From the human T2T-CHM13v2.0 reference genome, Homo sapiens, in assembly GCF_009914755.1 (NCBI RefSeq), contig NC_060928.1: a stretch of 64,000 nucleotides of DNA. One strand, written 5' to 3'. Position 1 is the stretch's first letter. Every line of letters begins with the position of its first letter. The position numbers and the translations under genes were made by a program. Shown here piece by piece: positions 24,539-39,660 of this stretch. The notes below the pieces were generated by a model. It did no database searches, had not been told where the DNA came from, and saw only the letters and a list, made by a program, of their open reading frames with translations.

Positions 24539-26826
24539 TGGTATGGTTTGGTTCTCTGTCACCACCCAAATCTCATATTGGACTGTACTCCCATAATTCC
24601 CACGTGTTGTGGGAGGGACCCACTGGGAGATAATTTGAACCATAGAGGCAGTTTCCCCCATACTGTTCTCATGTTAGTGAATAAGTCTCATGAGATCTGA
24701 TGGTTTTATCAGGGGTGTCTGCTTCTGCATCTTCCTCATTTTCTCTTGTCACTGCCATGTAAGAAGTGCCTTTCATTTCCCACCACGATTCTGATGCCTC
24801 TCCAGCCATGTGGAACTATAAGTCTTGATTATGTCTTTATCAGCAAATTGTAGATACATAAAAATATATAATTTGTAAATTACACTGTAAAAACAGCGTA
24901 ATTGGTACCAGTAGAGTAGGGCATTGCTGAAAAGATAACTGAAAATGTGGAAGTGACTTTGGAACTGGGTAATAGGCAGAGATTGAAACAGTGTGGAGGG
25001 CTCAAGGGAAGACAGGAAAATGGGAGAAAGTTGGGAATTTCTTAGAGACTTGTTGAATGGCTTTGACAAAGCTACTAATAATGATATGGACAATGGAATC
25101 CAGGCTGAGGTGGTCTCAGATGGATATGAGGAATCTGTTGGGAACTGGAACAAAGATGATTCTTGCTATGTTTTAGCAAAGAGATTGGTGGCATTTTGCC
25201 CTACCCTAGAGATTTATGGAACTTTGAACTTGAGAGAGAAGACTTAGGGTATCTGGAAGAAGAAATTTCTAATCAGCAAAGCATTCAAGAGATGACTTGG
25301 GTGCTGGTAAAGGCATTCAGTTTTAAAAGAGAAATGGAGCATAGAAGTTTGGAAAATTTGCAGTCTGACAGTTTGGTAGAAAAAATCCCATTTTCTGAGG
25401 AGAAATTCAAGCCAGCTGCAGATATTTGCATAAGTAATGAGGAGCCATATGTTAATCCCCAAGACAATGGGGGAAAATGTCTCCAGGACATGTCAGAGAC
25501 CTTTGTGGCAGCCTCTCCCATCACAGACCTGGAGGTCTAGGAGAAAAAAATGGTTTTGTGAGCAGGGCCCAGGGTCCCTGTGCTGTGTGTGTCCTAGGGA
25601 CTTGGTGCCCTGTGTCCCAGCCACTCCAGCCATTGCTGAAAGGGGCCAATGTAGAGCTCAGGCCATGGCATCAGAGGGTGCAAGCCCTAAGCCTTGGCAG
25701 CTTCCATGTGGTGTTGAGTGTGCCAGTGCACAGAAGTCAAGAATTGGGGTTTGGGAACCTCCACCTAGATTTCAGAAGATGTATGGAAATGCCTGGATGC
25801 CCAGCCAGAAGTTTGCTGCAGGGGCAAGCCTGTCATGAAGCACCTTGGCTAGGGCAGTACAGAAGGAAAATGTGGGATCAGAGCCCCCACACAGAGTCCC
25901 TACTGGGGCACTGCCTAGTGGAGCTGTGAGAAGAGGGCCGCCATTCTCCAGACCCCAGAATGGTAGATCCACCTACAGCTTGCACTGTGTACCAAGAAAA
26001 GCCACAGACGCTCAATGCCAACCTGTGAAAGCAGCTGGGATAGAGGCTGTACCGTGAAAAGCCACAGAGGCAGAGCTGCCCAAGACCATGGGAACCCACC
26101 TCTTGCATCAGCGTGACCTGGATGTGAGAGCTGTAGTCAAAGGAGATCATTTTGGAGCTTCAAAATTTGACTGCCCTGCTGGATTTTGGACTTGCCTGGG
26201 GTCTGTAGCCCCTTTGCTTTGGCCAATTTCTCCCATTTGAAATGGCTGTATTTATCTAATACCTGTACCTTCATTGTATCTAGGAAGAAACTAGCTTGCT
26301 TTTGATTGTACAGGTTCATAAGCAGAGGGGCTTGCCTTGTCTCAGATGAGACTTTGGACTGTGGACTTTTGGGTTAATGCTGAAATGAGTTAAGACTTTG
26401 GGGGACTGTTGGGAAGGCATGATTGATTTTGAAATGTGAGTACATGAGATTTGGAGGGGCTAGGGGAGGAACGAGATGGTTTGGCTCTGGGTCCCCACCC
26501 AAATCTCATCTTGAATTGTACTTCCATAATTCCCATGTGTTGTGGGAGGGACCCAGTGGGAGGTAATTTGAATCATGGGGGCAGTTTTCCCCATACTGTT
26601 CTCATGGTAGTGAATAAGTCTCACGACATCTGATGGTTTTATCAGGGGTTTCTGCTGTTGCATCTTCCTAATTTTCTCTTACCATTGCTATGTAAGAAGT
26701 ACCTTTCACCTCTTGCCATGATTCTGATGCCTCCTTAGCCATGTGGAACTGTAAGTCAAATTAAACCTCTTTTTCTTCCCAGTCTTGGTTATGTCTTTAT
26801 CAGCAGCATGAAAACAAACTAATACA
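24539..26826 (+). mobile_element. Complete THE1A provirus (5' LTR 24539-about 24900, THE1-int to 26471, 3' LTR 26472-26826)
   Basis: Two related LTRs sharing the CTGATGCCTC variant; about 1.57-kb internal region starting AATTGGTACCAGTAGAG; purine tract before the 3' LTR; 5-bp TSD CTCTC/CTCCC; host L1 ORF1 resumes AAAGGTCAAGGATAAAG. Confidence 0.95.
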
Positions 26827-29800
26827 CTCCCAAAGGTCAAGGATAAAGAAAGGATCTTAAAAGCAGCAAGAGAAAAGAAACAAATAACATACAAAGGAAC
26901 TCCAATACATCTGGCAGCAGAATTCTCAGTGGAAACTTTATAGGTTGGGAGAGAGTGGTATGACATACTTTTATCCCAGAATAGTATATCCAACAAAACT
27001 GTCCTTCAAACATGAAGAAACAAAGTATTTCCCAGACAAACAAAAGCTGAAGGACTTCATCAACACCAGACCTACAAGAAATGCTAAAGAGAGTTCTTTA
27101 ATCTGAAAGAAAAGGATGTTAATGAGCTATAATAAATCATTTGAAAGTACAAAACTCACTGGTAATAGCAAGTACACAGAAAAACACAGAAGGTTATAAC
27201 ACTGTAATTGTGGTGTGTGAACCACTTATATCTTGAGTAGAAAGACTAAAAGATGAACCTTTTAAAAATAATAACTACAAAAACTTTTCAAGATATTGTA
27301 TAATAAGATATTTAGAAACAAAAAGTTAAAAAGCAGAGAAAAGAAGATAAAGTGTAGAGATTTTATTAGCTTTATCTTTGCTTGTTTTTTGGTTATTTAG
27401 TTCATGCAATCAGTGTTGTCATCGGTTTAAAATAATGGGTTATATTATTTGCAAACCTCATGGTAATCTCAAATCAAAAAACATACAAAAGATATCTAAA
27501 AAATAAAAAGCAAGAAATGGAAACAAATCACCAGAGAAAGTCTTCACTAAAAGGAAGAGAAGAAGAAAGGAAAGAAGGACAAGAATACCACAAAACAACC
27601 AGAAAACAAGCAACAAAATGGCAAAAGTCCTTACATATTAATAATAACATTGAATGTAAATGGACTAAACTGTCCAATCAAAAGACAAAGAATGGCTGAG
27701 TGGATGAAAAGAAATCAAGACCCAATGATCTGCTGCCTACAAGAAACAGACTTCACCTACAAAGGCAAACATAGGGTGAAAAAATATTTCATGCAAGTGA
27801 AAACCAAAAAATAGCAGAAATCGATATAGTCATTCAGACAAATAGATTTCAAGACAAAAACTAGAAAAAGTGGCAAAGGTCATTATATAATGATAAAGTG
27901 GTCAATTCAGCAAGAGGATATAACAATTATAAATTTATATGCACCCAACTGGAACACCCACATATATAAAGCAAATATTAGTGCTGAAGAGATAGACCTC
28001 AGTACAATAGCAGTTGGAGACATCAACACCTGATTTTCAGCATTAGACAGAGCATCCAGAAAAAAATAATAAACAAGGAAACACTGGACTTAATCTGCAC
28101 TATAGACCAAATGGACCTAATAGTTGTTTTCAGAACATTCATCCAATGAATCCAGAATACACATTCTTCTCCTCAGCACATGGATCATTCTCAAGGATAG
28201 AACATATGTTAAGCTACAAACACATCTTAAAAAATTCAAAAAAAAAATTATATCAAGTATCTTCTCTAACAACAAAGGTAAAAAACTAGGAATCAATAAC
28301 AGGAAAAATGTTGGAAACTATACATACAACACATATAAATTAAACAATGTGCCCTGAAAGGACCAGTAGGCCAATGAAAAAATTAAGAAAAAAATTGAAA
28401 AAAAATTTTAAACTAATGCAAATGGAAATACAACATATGGAAACCTGTGGGATACAGCAAAAGCAGTACTACAAGGAATGTTTATAGCAATAGGCAACTA
28501 TATCAAAAAAGCAGAAAAACTTCAAATAAACAACCTAATGATGCATCGTAACAAACTTGAAAGCAAGAGCAAACCAAAATCAAAATTAGTAGAAAAAAAG
28601 AAATAATAAATATCAGAGCAGAAATAAATGAAGCTGAAACAACAACAAAAAAAGCAATAGCAAAGATCAATGAAACAAAAAGTTGGTTTTTCAAAAAGAT
28701 AAACAAATTTGACAAAACTTTAGCCCAACTAAGAAAAAAACAGAGAAAACCCAAGCAAATAAAATCAGGGATAAAAAGGGAAACCTTACAACCAATGCCA
28801 TAAAAATTTGAAGAATCATTGGAGAGTAATATGAGCAACTATATGCCAATAAATTGGAAAACTGGGAATAAATGGATAAATTCCTAGACACATATCACCT
28901 ACCAAGATTGAACCATGAAGAAATTAAAAACCTGATAAGACCAATAATAAGCAATTAGATTAAAGTTGTAATAAAATTCTCCCTGCAAAGAAAACCTCAG
29001 AACCACATGGCTTCACTGCTGAATTTTAGCAAACATTTAAAGAAGAACTAATACCAATCCTACTCAAACTATTCTGAAAAACAGAGGGAAAGAATACTTC
29101 CAAATTCATTCTACAAGGCTAGTATTACCCTGATATCAAAACCAAGCAAAGACACTTCAAAAAAGAAAATTACAGGCCAATATCCCTGATAAACATTGAT
29201 GCAAAAATTCCAAACAAAATACTAGCAAACTGAGTTCAACAACACATTAAAAAGATCATTCGTCATGACCAAGTGGGATTTAAGGGATGCAAGGATGATT
29301 CAACATATGCAAATTAATCAACAAGATACATCACATCAACAGCATGGAGGACAAAAACATATGATCATTTCAACTGATGCTAAAAAGCATTTGATAAATT
29401 TCAATATCTCTTCGTAATAAAAAGACTCAAAAACTGAGGATAGAAGGGACATACCTCAACACAATGAAAGTCATATATGATATACCTACAGTTAGTGTCA
29501 TTCTGAAAAACTAAAAGCCTTTCCTCTAAGATCTGGAATATGGCAAGGATGCCCACCGTCACCACTGTTACTCAACATAGTACTGGAAGTCCTAACTAGA
29601 CCAATCAGACAAAAGAAAGAAAGAAAGTGCATCCAAATTGGAAAGGAAAAAGTCAAATTATCCTTGTTTGTAGATAATATGGTCTTATATTCAGAAAAAC
29701 CTAAAGACTGTGCAGAAAAACTATTCAAACTGATAAATTCAGTAAATTTGTAGGATGTACAATCAACTTACAAAAATCAATAGCATTTCTATATGCCAAT

Positions 29801-31896
29801 ACTGAACAATCTGACAACAAAATCAAGAAAATAATCCCACTTATAATAGCTACAAATAAAATAAAATACCTGGGAATAAATTCAACCAAAAAAGGGAAAC
29901 ATCTCTGCAATTAAAGCTATAAAATATTTTTCAAGAAATTGAAGAGGATACACAACAAATGGCAAGATATTTCATGTTTATGGATTGGAAGAATCAATAT
30001 TGTCAGTGTCCACACTACTCAAAGCAATTTATAGGTTCAATCAATTTCTTTAAAAGTACCAATGATATTCTTCACAGAAATAGGAAAAAACACCCTAAAA
30101 TTTCTGTAAAACCACAAAAGACTGGAGGAATCACATTGTCTGACTGCAAATTATACTACAAAGCTATAGTATCCAAAACAGCCTGGTACTGGCATAAAAG
30201 CACACACATAGACCAATAGTACAGAATAGAGAACACAGACGCAAATGCACACACCTACAGTGAACTCATTGTTGACAAAGCTGCCTAGGTTATTCACTGA
30301 GGAAAGGACAACCTCTTCAATAAATAGTGCTTGGAAAATTGGATATCCATATGCAGAATAATGAAACTAGACTCCTATCTCTTGTCATATACAAAAATCA
30401 AATCCAAAATGGATTAAAGACTTAAATCAAAGACCTAAAACTATGAAACTACTATAAGAAAACATTGGGGAAACTATCCAGGACATTGATCTGGGCAATG
30501 ATTTAAATAATAGCCCACAAGCACAGGCAACCAAAGCAAAAATGGACAAATCTGATCACACAAAGTTAAAAAGCTTCTGCACAGCAAAGAAAACAATCAA
30601 CAAAGTAAGGAAACAACCCACAGAATGGGAGAAAATATTTGCAAGCTATTATCTGAAAAAGGATTAATAACCAGAGTATATATGGCACTCAAACAACTCA
30701 ATAGGAAAATAAATCTAACAGTCTGATTAAAAATGAGCAAAGGTGTCAATAGGCATTTCTCAAAAGAAGACATATAAATGGCAAACAGATATATGAAAAG
30801 GTGCCCAACATAACTGATCATCAGGAAAATGCAAATCAAAACTACAGTAAGATATTGTCTTCCTTAAAGTGGTTTTTATCCAAAAGATAGGCAATAGCAA
30901 ATGCTGACAAAGATGTGGAGGAAAGAAAAGTCTTCTACACTGTTTGGTGGAATGTAAATTAGTGAAACCACTATGGACAATAGTATGTAGGTTTCCCAAA
31001 AATTAAAAATAAAACTGTCATACGATCTAGCAATCCTACTGGTAGATATATACCCAAAAGAAAGGTAATCAGTGTATTGAAGATGTATTTGCACTCTCAC
31101 GTTTATTGCAGTACTATTCACGATAGCCATGATTTAGACCAATCTAAGTATCCATTAACCGATGAATAGATAAGGAAAATGTGGTATGTATACACAATGG
31201 TGTACTATACAGCTATAAAAAAGAGACCCTGTCATTTGCAACCACATGTTTGGAACTAGAGGACATTATGTGAAGTGAAATAGGCAAAACACAGGAAAAC
31301 AAACTTTGCATGTTCTTACTTATTTGTAGGACCTAAGAAAAGTAAAACGATGACTGAATTCTTGAAGATAGTAGAAAAATGGCTACCAGAGATTTGGAAG
31401 GGTAGTGGGAGGGGAGACGTGGAGATGGATAATTGGTAAAAAAATAAATAAGACTTAGTATTTTATAGTACAACAGGATGAGTGCAGTCAATAATAATTT
31501 ATTGTACATTGAAAAATAACTAAAAGAGTACAATTGGATCACTTGTTACACTAAGGAAGGATAAATGTTTGAGGTGGTGGACACCCTATTTACCCTGCTG
31601 TGATTATTATGCATTGTATGCCTGTGTGAAAATATCTCATGTACCCCATAAATATATACATCTACTTTCTACCCACAAAAATTAAACATAAAATAAATAA
31701 TGAATCAATTCACTAAATAACATATCTCAATATTAAAAATCAATATTTAAAACAGAAAAGAGAATAAAAGACTATCTTTTTTGCCTTGTAATATGGAAAA
31801 TTCCTAAGCAAAACACAAAATTCTGAAGCACACAGGAACAAATCAAAAGATTTACTCACACAAAAATAAATATATGTATACATTGACAAACTCCAG

Positions 31897-32083
31897 GTTA
31901 GCTTCCCAAGTAGCTGGAACTATAAGTGTGTGCCATCACTTCTGGCTAGTCTTAATAACTTTTTTGTAGAGACAGAGTCTAGCTGTGTTTCTCAGACTGG
32001 CCTCAAACTCCTGGCCTCAAGCAATCCTCCTGTCTCAGCCTCCCAGAGCACTGGGATTACAGACATAAGCCACCATGCCTGGC
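31897..32083 (-). mobile_element. Partial AluJ
   Basis: TTTTTGTAGAGACAG..AACTCCTGGCCTCAAGCAATCCTCC..CTGGGATTACAG..GCCACCATGCCTGGC. Confidence 0.85.
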
Positions 32084-32796
32084 TTTATTCTATATTATTT
32101 AAACTTTTTACTGTGATCTAGTAGTTAGGGAAATAAAAAAAATTACCCATTAGATTAAAAAAACTAAAGAAAATATTTGATGATATTAAAGGTTGGCAAG
32201 AAGTTTGGGAAATACCCTGAAGAATTTCCTGAGCCAATTCCATTTCTGTGTCTGAGGCACAGAGAGTAGAAATTGGGTAGAGCCAGAGAGAGGGTGAGAC
32301 TAAGATTTTAGGTGAAGATACAGTTAACAAACATTGAATATTAAATTATTACTTTTTACCTCAAAGTTTAATGGTTTGTTTCAAAGGCCAACAAAATTAC
32401 TGGTTTGTTTCATAGGTCAAAACTAAATATTTTGCATCACAAACAACCTTAAGTTTGTCTCTTTTGAGTAGGGCAGACTGGGCAAGGTATAAGGTGAATT
32501 TAACTTTTTCGTTATGTAGTTCAAGTTAAAACAGCAGGCATCTTAGTTTGCAAAAGTGTATATCAGAAATGGGCAGAAGGAGAGCACCCACAAAGGGGAA
32601 TCATTAAGGACAAGATCTGATTTTAAAAAGGATCTAAGAAAGTAAATTTTAGAATTTCTGTTTTTATCATCCCACTCTCTTATGTTTTCCAGGCTCAAAG
32701 TTATGTTAGAGTAAGAGTAATTCATGCTTGGAAATATTCCAATAAATAAAATATTTTATAAAGAAACATTTAAGTATATTAGTGTAATTGTTCTTT

Positions 32797-33901
<1,105 letters not shown>

Positions 33902-33924
33902 TAACTACTGAAAAATATGACAAT

Positions 33925-34235
33925 TTTTTTTTTTTTTTTTTTTTTTTGAGACAGAGTCTCACTCTTTCACCCAGGCTGGAGTGCAGTGGCACGATCTCGG
34001 CTCACTGCAAGCTCCGCCTCCCGGGTTCACACCATGCTCCTGCCTCAGCCTGGTCCCAGCTGAGTAGCTGGGACTACAGGCACCTGCCACCACGCTCGGG
34101 TAATTTTTTGTATTTTTAGTAGAGACGGGGTTTCACTGTGTTAGCCAGGATGGTCTCAATCTCCTGACCTCGTGATCTGCCAGCCTCAGCCTCCCAAAGT
34201 GCTGGGATTACAGGTGTGAGCCACCATGCCCGGCC
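33925..34235 (-). mobile_element. AluY with a long poly-A tail and a small internal inverted insertion
   Basis: GCAAGCTCCGCC, TTAGCCAGGATGG, GACCTCGTGATC diagnostics. TSD CTG(G)AAAAATA(T/C)GACAAT at 33908-33924 and 34236-34253. Confidence 0.96.
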
Positions 34236-34529
34236 CTGGAAAAATACGACAATGTATTTTTTAAATATTATGTATTTCTTATAAAACTTGTAATGAAATC
34301 ACTGACAATCTAGAAAATTAAAGGAAAAAAGTTAAAGATAATCACCTCTAATATCACTGCCCTTATACAATCTTTCATATAACTCTCATACAGTTATAGC
34401 ATTTTTTGCATGTGTTCTGATACTTTATGTACATATGAATATGTTTTATATAATTGTTGTAATTTGTACATATAGTCCAGTTTCATATTTTATATTGTAA
34501 TCAACTTTTATGTGATTACATAGTTCTTA

Positions 34530-35280
34530 CTCCATTCAACAAATATTAGTTGGTTCCTTCTATATGCAGAGTATATATTGATAAAGAAAATAGGATCTTT
34601 GAGAAATTCCCAGTTTTACAAGGAAAATAGCATGAGATCATTACAATTAAATGTGCTAACTTGTATGATGGGATAAGCACAGACACATATGGGAACACCC
34701 AGAGGAAACTCCTTCCCCATGTTAAGGGTCAGGGTAGGGATCTCAAAAGAGGATGTGCCATTTAAGCTGAGAGGAAAAGGTCAAGTGAGAGGTAGGTTAA
34801 TGGAAGGTGAAGAGTGTTTCAGGAAGAAGGAATGCACTGTGCAATGAGCCTGGGCCTAGCGGGAACAAACTGTAGTGTATTCAGAAAGCTGGGAGGGAGC
34901 CGTGGATACTACTGGGGTTCAGCAGGTTATGCAGAGTCTTAAGTATATGAAAGTATAATACACATCAAGAGGGGTAGCTTTTAACATATAAACATATGTT
35001 AAAAAGCCTTGAAAATGGATGTTGTAAAGGGATTAAAGGCATAAAGTCCAGGTAGAATACTGTTGAAAAATAATGAGGGTACCAGGAAGAGTAATGAGGT
35101 AAAGAGCTTGCATGGGAACTGTAAGGAGGAGAGAGGAAAAGAGGAATCAGCAGAAAGGAAGTGAGCAGAACAAAACCAAAGTGGTGGGTGACTCTAGATA
35201 TTGAGAGGTAGCAACAGAATCAACTGTAATGACTGGGGACAAAGAATGAGGATGGGGAAAGCAGTGAATGGCTATACTAT
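34530..35280 (-). mobile_element. L2 remnant
   Basis: CATTCAACAAATATT start; TTTAAGCTGAGA..GAAGAGTGTTTCAGGAAGAAGGAA..TGTGCAA typical of antisense L2. Confidence 0.7.
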
Positions 35281-35503
35281 TTAAGATTTTAGGAAGAATG
35301 TAAAGCCTAAAACTACACCCTCGCATTCTATTTGTTTCTTATTCCCCAGAAACCAAGAATGGGTACCTTTGAAACTTCTGAAGCATCTGGCCTATTAAAT
35401 ATCCCCTTCTTTCCCAAGTTGCTACTATATTGATTTCTAGATTAACCTTCTGTCCACTTCAAATGACTTCCTTCATGGGATCCTCTGTCCCTACTCATCC
35501 TAA

Positions 35504-35819
<316 letters not shown>

Positions 35820-35835
35820 AAGGTCAGAGCTCTCT

Positions 35836-36450
35836 ACTGTTCTGTCATTAGTCCTTTTTTTCCAGTCCCTGTTTCCTTGGCAATCTCATCTATGAATGAG
35901 ATAGGTGCTGATGGCGCCCAAATGCATATCTCTAAACCAGACCTTTTTCCTAAATGTCAAATCCATTTTTAAAAATGAATTACAGCATATTTAACTTATC
36001 TTTCCAACATGGGCTCCTCCACCTCAACCTAACTATAACTGAATTATTTGCATCTCCATTCAAGCTTGCTCCTTTTCATGTGTTCCTTATTTTGGAGTCT
36101 AGACCCACATCTAACAATCTAACCAGTTATGCCACCAAGTCAGAAACAGAGAGTTATCTTTAACCTTTTCTTCTCTTTCTTCTTTATCACCTCCCCAACC
36201 CCTGCATATCTAATCAGTAATCAAAACCTAAGAATTCTATTTCTTGAATATCTCTCAGATGTGTGTTCATTCGCCCAGACCTTCTCACCTTTCATTTCTG
36301 ACTAACTTGTTTGTTGTTGCCTTAGTTAATATTCTCTTTATTCCTGGCGGACCTTCCTAAGTGATCTACCTTGACTCTTCCTTATGCACTTTCCAGATTC
36401 ATGTCCCATTCTCCATGCACAATGATACTCGAGCCAAAAGGAACCACCTG
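35836..36450 (+). mobile_element. L2 remnant
   Basis: TGCTGATGGCGCCCAAATGCATATCTCTAAACCAGACC..ACCTCAAC..AACTGAATT..CCAAGTCAGAAAC. Confidence 0.7.
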
Positions 36451-36671
36451 TGGGAATTTCTCTAATGCTACCTCCACGTTCTTTCATTTCTTACTCTGTC
36501 CCTTCTCTCTAGGAGTGATCTTTATTTTTTTCCCTGATTGACACTTTCTGTCATGAGCCCACAAATCCTGGGTTATATCCTAACTGTATGCTCTCAAAAT
36601 CAGTCCTTAGATTGCTCCATGATAACTAACTGTCACATAAGGCAATGAATGCAGAAGATTTACATGAATAA

Positions 36672-36870
36672 AAATAATTCATTTTTGTTAAGTGCTTCCT
36701 ATAGGCATAGCACTGAACTGAGGCATTTACATTGATTTTCTCATTTGATACAATATGTCCCTCAGGAAAGCACTATTATTACCTTTATTTGAAGATGAGG
36801 AAACTGAGCTACAGAAACCCAAGGTCAAAAAGCTAATTAAGTGGCAGAGCATTGATTGAAACTTCAGTGA
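36672..36870 (-). mobile_element. MIR SINE
   Basis: ACTATTATTACC..AGATGAGGAAACTGAG..CCCAAGGTCA..AAGTGGCAGAGC. Confidence 0.85.
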
Positions 36871-39660
36871 GTTTACAGCATAGTCACAACACAGGTGCAC
36901 AGAAACAGAGCACTGTTTTTAATTTTTTAAAATGGAATTTAATTTGCTTCTGAATCCTCATTTCTGCTAGGCAGCAGGAAAAAAAAAACTAAATGAAACA
37001 GATAAATAAACCAATAAACCCTCCAAGTAAAAAGAGTCAAAAGAAATCTTAATCTCTTTCCCTCAACTGCTACCCAGCTCCCAGATACAGATACCGCCAC
37101 AGGCTTCAGAAAACTGCACATCCATTTTTAGACATCCAGAGCCTCAATGATTACTTGGAGGACAATATATATATTGAGAACAATATCACAAAAGAAGATC
37201 AATAGCTACTGAGAACAATATCGCAAGCTCATATTGTGTACTTGAAGCAATCCTCAGCTCACCACCTGCTAATCATGCTCTGTGTTGATATAATCACAGC
37301 GTTAAGAAAGGAAAAGAGCCAGCTTGCCTGGAATGAAGAAGGCTTTAAGAGAGCATGGCCTGGTTAATGTGGAAGACACCAAAGGAAAAGGAGCCACATA
37401 TAGTAAAGAGGACAGTGACATTGCTCTCTGGATCAGACGACAAGGAGAAATGTGATGAAGGAAGAGGCTGATAAAATAATGCTTTAGGCAAGATAGGTCA
37501 AGGAAGGCCAAAAATCCTGGACTTGTTGCCAAGTCTTCTAGATGTGAAACCTTGGGATGACAGAGTTAAGGGAACAAGATTACAGGAATATGTCAGGGGA
37601 CTCAGGCAGACGGCTTGGTCTGAAGCACTTCCAAACTAGTTTTGATAGGATATGCTATCAAGAGGCTCCAGAAACAGGGTGGAGTTGGAGATGATAAATT
37701 TGGTACAATGTGCTAGAGGAACAGATAACTTCTTTTGAGGACTGTGTTTAGTCAACAGACAAGACCTCTTTCAATGGGGTCAAAAACCAGAAAGATTCTT
37801 AATCTTACCTATCAAAGATTAATTCAGTTATTGCTAATTTACACAGGGGCTCATAGGATAATAAAGTTTATTTTTATTAAATACTTCAATTTTCCAAAGT
37901 TCCTCTCTGCTGGGCCTTTGTCATCTCCGATTCCCTTTGCTTCTCTTGGGCAACAAGAGGAAGCTTCTGCATTGTCCCTGTGCTGAGAATGAGGCATCTT
38001 GTGGTTTCTGCATTGTCTTGTAGTTTCTGGGTGCTGGCGTCAGTCCTTGTTGGGCACTGTGTGACTCACTGTCTATTCTGGTGAAGGGCCACAGTTTAAG
38101 ATCTCTTGCTGCTCACTCAACCTCCTGGTGGTTTTTATTGTCTCTGAGAATCTGAGTTACCTTTACCCCTCCCCCTGTATTCTGGGAGGTAAGCTCCTCT
38201 GATCTCAGAATGTTGTGGTTTATTTCCCTTGCCCTACTTCCCCCACGACTCTGTAAATTTAACACCATTAAAGAAGAGAGCTGAGGCCCTCACCGATGTC
38301 CAGCTCTCTTCATCTCTCTTTCCAACTGCAGCACTGAGGGGGCCAAGTAGAGAAGTGGGATGAGGGTGAGGAGTAGGGGAGGGCAAGGGAGAGGGAACAC
38401 TCAGGTCCTGATGACCTCAGTCAGGCTGTTGAGGAGAGCTCTGTATTTTCAGTCACATGAGAAAATTGATTTCCTTTGCTTTCTAGCTACTTTGACATTG
38501 AGTTTTCTCATGCTTTCACTATGAAAAATTCAAATTGAATCAAAGAGGTAACTCAAAGTGTTCAATAAAGTATATCCTGCAGAGCATTTTCAGGGGAAAA
38601 CAGGACATTGGTGGTAGTTATGGGTTTGGAGATTTGTCAAGGTCTTAGTTCGTATCCATTGTGAGTATGTACTGCATGAAGCAGTTGATTCAAAGACACC
38701 TGACATGTACCATCCTTGCTGCCTTAGTTTATGCTTTCACAAAGTTACAGGTGATAGAGGATACTGTGAGTGATTTGCAATGGGAGTACTAGTTTGAAAT
38801 TTGATATCTGAAAGCACACTTGACATATTCCTGATCTCTTTATTTCTTCTTGGTCAGTCTCAAATTGAATTCTGCCATCTTTTACCCCCTTCCTTCCTTT
38901 CTCCTTTTTTTTTTTTTTTTTTTTTTTTTTACCACTGGGAACATAGGGCCAATATTACAGTTTGAGGATAAAAATGACTTGAAAGTTATTTTTTCTACAT
39001 ATATTTTTCTCCAGAAACAGAAAATATCAAGTCACCTAGGCTCCTACCCTGTAGTCGATAGAAAAAATAAGGAGGAGGGGAGGCAATATAGTTAGAAAAC
39101 ATTTTTGGTGATGCAATATTCCACATGTCATTACTCAACTATTAGTTTGACAAGGAATCCCTGAAAATATTATTTGACTAAAATTACGAGAAATCTAAAA
39201 AACTTCATTAACCATGTTAAATTTTTTTCTGATTAAAAATAAAAGTAGTACTTTCTCCTTATAGTGAATTTTAAAAATTTAAGAAGAACTACCATTGATA
39301 TATTAGTATTGAAGCTGGCACTCATGGATTTGCAGCTCTTTGGTGGCAAATATCCTCTGGTATATAGAAACTTTGTTCATATAAACTCAGAATTCAATAG
39401 CTACATGCTGGATATCTGCTGTAAATTGGCCTAGCACAGAGATAGATCTAGCATAAATTTCTCCTTATTTTCTTTTTTGTCTCCCATCAATAATCTGCTT
39501 TGTGAAGGTGAATAAATTAGGTCAATGTCTCAGAGAACATAGGGAGCTGACAGAATTGGATGCAGAGTAGACTCAAATGGAGATTACAAGGAAAAACAGT
39601 TACTGTCCCACTGGTAATCTGCAGTTCCACCAGACCCAAGAGCAGATCTTCTGCTTTCCC

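Larger units (their letters stand above)
21502..31700 (+). mobile_element. Full-length decayed L1MA2/L1MA3-type LINE-1, nested in an older L1ME-like fragment and interrupted by AluY and THE1A
   Basis: 5' GCAAGATGGCTGAATAG start; about 2-kb 5' UTR with three degenerate monomers (about 22170, 22530, 22845); ORF1-like from about 23560; ORF2 EN from about 27640; RT motif decayed to SLFVDNM at about 29661; L1MA-type 3' UTR ending CCCACAAAAATTAAAC. Confidence 0.93.

Noticed and set aside
24993-26150. Cluster of 70-150 aa ORFs as a novel gene
   Set aside because: They lie within THE1-int and are pieces of its decayed internal ORF or alternative frames.
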